From: a bacterium
GTDB lineage: Bacteria > Patescibacteriota > Patescibacteriia > UBA1558 > S5-K13
Reading direction: 5' to 3'
NCBI GenBank assembly: GCA_029555085.1
Contig: JAKPTO010000003.1
Span: forward strand, 1 to 49,432
Length of the DNA: 49,432 bases
Shown in pieces: positions 48,240 through 49,432 of this stretch. The position numbers were made by a program, and so were the translations under genes. Position 1 is the stretch's first letter; every line of letters starts with the position of its first letter. The notes below the pieces were generated by a model. It searched no databases, was not told where the DNA came from, and saw only the letters and a program-made list of their open reading frames with translations.

Positions 48240-49167
48240 AAGGAGTTTATCATGGACCCTCCTTACAAAAAAGACCGGCCTAAAAAACGCCGGTAACCCT
48301 AAAAAGGTACATCGTTAAAGAGAGTGGGGAATTTTTACCCACTCTCACAAAAAGCCAACAAACACCCCCCGGGAGGAACAATGTACTCAGGTTTTACCTA
48401 GCTAGAGCCCTCCCTAAAGGGCTCGATCCAAAATACAAAAAAACCGTAGTCACTCCGCATGGCAAGCTCGGACCCCAACATAAAAGCGTTCCGAGCAAAA
48501 TGCCCACACCGTTCGTGCCATTGCTGAAAACACAAAAGAACACGAACGATGTGCCTATATTATTGACTACGGAAATCCCCTCAATGGCTCATTGGGATGG
48601 ACCCCGGCTGGTTAATAATCACCCGGGCATATCATCCCCTAATCAGCGCCCTCCCTTTATAAGGGAACTCGCGCTACTCAATTCGCCATTGTGGGGAAAT
48701 TGAATGGGGCAACGAAAACAGCCCCAGATGAGCTAGTTCACATAAGCTCATTTCCTCCGCGGGGGAATCAACTGTGGATATGTGCACTGGAGTGGCCACC
48801 CGGTGCAAGAAAAAAAGTGCCATTAAAAATCTCAGCTCCTTTCTATGAGGCCCTCTTCTGCACAAGGACCCAAGGAGCTGAGACACCGATGGTAGAGGTG
48901 CTCTTTTTAGCGAAAAGCTGAAAACTGCCTGGTATGACATTATGAGGGAAATCCTCGGTCCAATGCCTAGCTAAATTGAGCCCTCTCCACGGTTAAGTAA
49001 GAAAAAAAACTAAGTCCGGCACCCCACACACCTCTGATTCACAAGAATAAAAACTACTCATCGGGGTGCCGGCATCTTTTCAAAGGAGGAAAAGATGAAT
49101 AAAAAAATTGATTAATGCTCCGGTAAGATAAGGCGCAATGCTGATGCTACCGGAGCTCATATTTTTT
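48240..49167 (+). ncRNA. Candidate large structured ncRNA (~0.9 kb) of unknown family
   Basis: More than 15 GC-rich helices, nested multibranch domains, A-rich linkers, no credible ORF, an upstream promoter and a terminal hairpin followed by a T-run. Confidence 0.65.
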
Positions 49168-49315
49168 ATAAATCAAAACAATCTAAATGTATTGTTTTTT
49201 TTGTTTATTAAAATTGACCAAGTTCAGATACATATTGGACTCATAAATAGAAAACAATTATTTGTCCAATATATACTGACTAATACAAAAAGCGTACTAT
49301 TCTAAATAAATATGC

Positions 49316-49373
49316 GACATAGAAAATGATATAATTGATATGCATATAACAATTAAATATCAAAATCTATGTC
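49316..49373. repeat. AT-rich rod-like inverted repeat
   Basis: GACATAGA/TCTATGTC, TGATAT/ATATCA and AATTG/CAATT arms around the central palindrome ATATGCATAT. Confidence 0.6.
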
Positions 49374-49432
49374 ACAATATGATTCTATCACAAAAATAAG
49401 GATTTGTTGGAGCCTTTATCAAAATAACATAC

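Noticed and set aside
48500-48940. ORFs 48500-48703, 48674-48940 and 48691-48921
   Set aside because: They overlap one another, have atypical composition for this genome and lack motifs. Local GC richness (fewer stops) explains them.
47952-49432. oriC, CRISPR array, rRNA, tmRNA or self-splicing intron as the explanation of the terminal region
   Set aside because: Only one perfect DnaA box and no dnaA, no regularly spaced repeats, no tRNA-like ends, and no recognisable catalytic intron motifs or interrupted host gene.

Overview
AT-rich bacterial chromosomal segment using genetic code 11 (TGA and TAG both end real genes). Gene content and order look like a Patescibacteria/CPR (Parcubacteria-like) genome, which is an inference. 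Most genes are on the minus strand: holB, frr, rseP, mreB-mreC-mreD-mrdA-greA-mreB2, a surface-polysaccharide cluster (WcaJ-like transferase, four GT4 enzymes, DUF4012, murJ), lepA, ftsEX, iscU-nfu-iscS, mraY-murD-ftsW-murG-murC-murB, hpf/raiA and secA. The window also holds RNase P RNA, tRNA-Thr(CGT) and the right end of an IS481/IS3-type element at the left edge. The main unexplained feature is a ~0.9-1.3 kb GC-enriched, hairpin-dense region (48.1-49.4 kb) with no credible protein gene, lying behind a consensus promoter: a candidate large structured ncRNA. Other oddities are a second ~260-nt structured RNA candidate at 1.3-1.56 kb, paired active-site substitutions in both MreB paralogs, a stand-alone ProRS anticodon-binding domain, and several self-contained orphan transcription units with strong SD sequences. 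All family assignments were made by eye from motifs; no database search was run.
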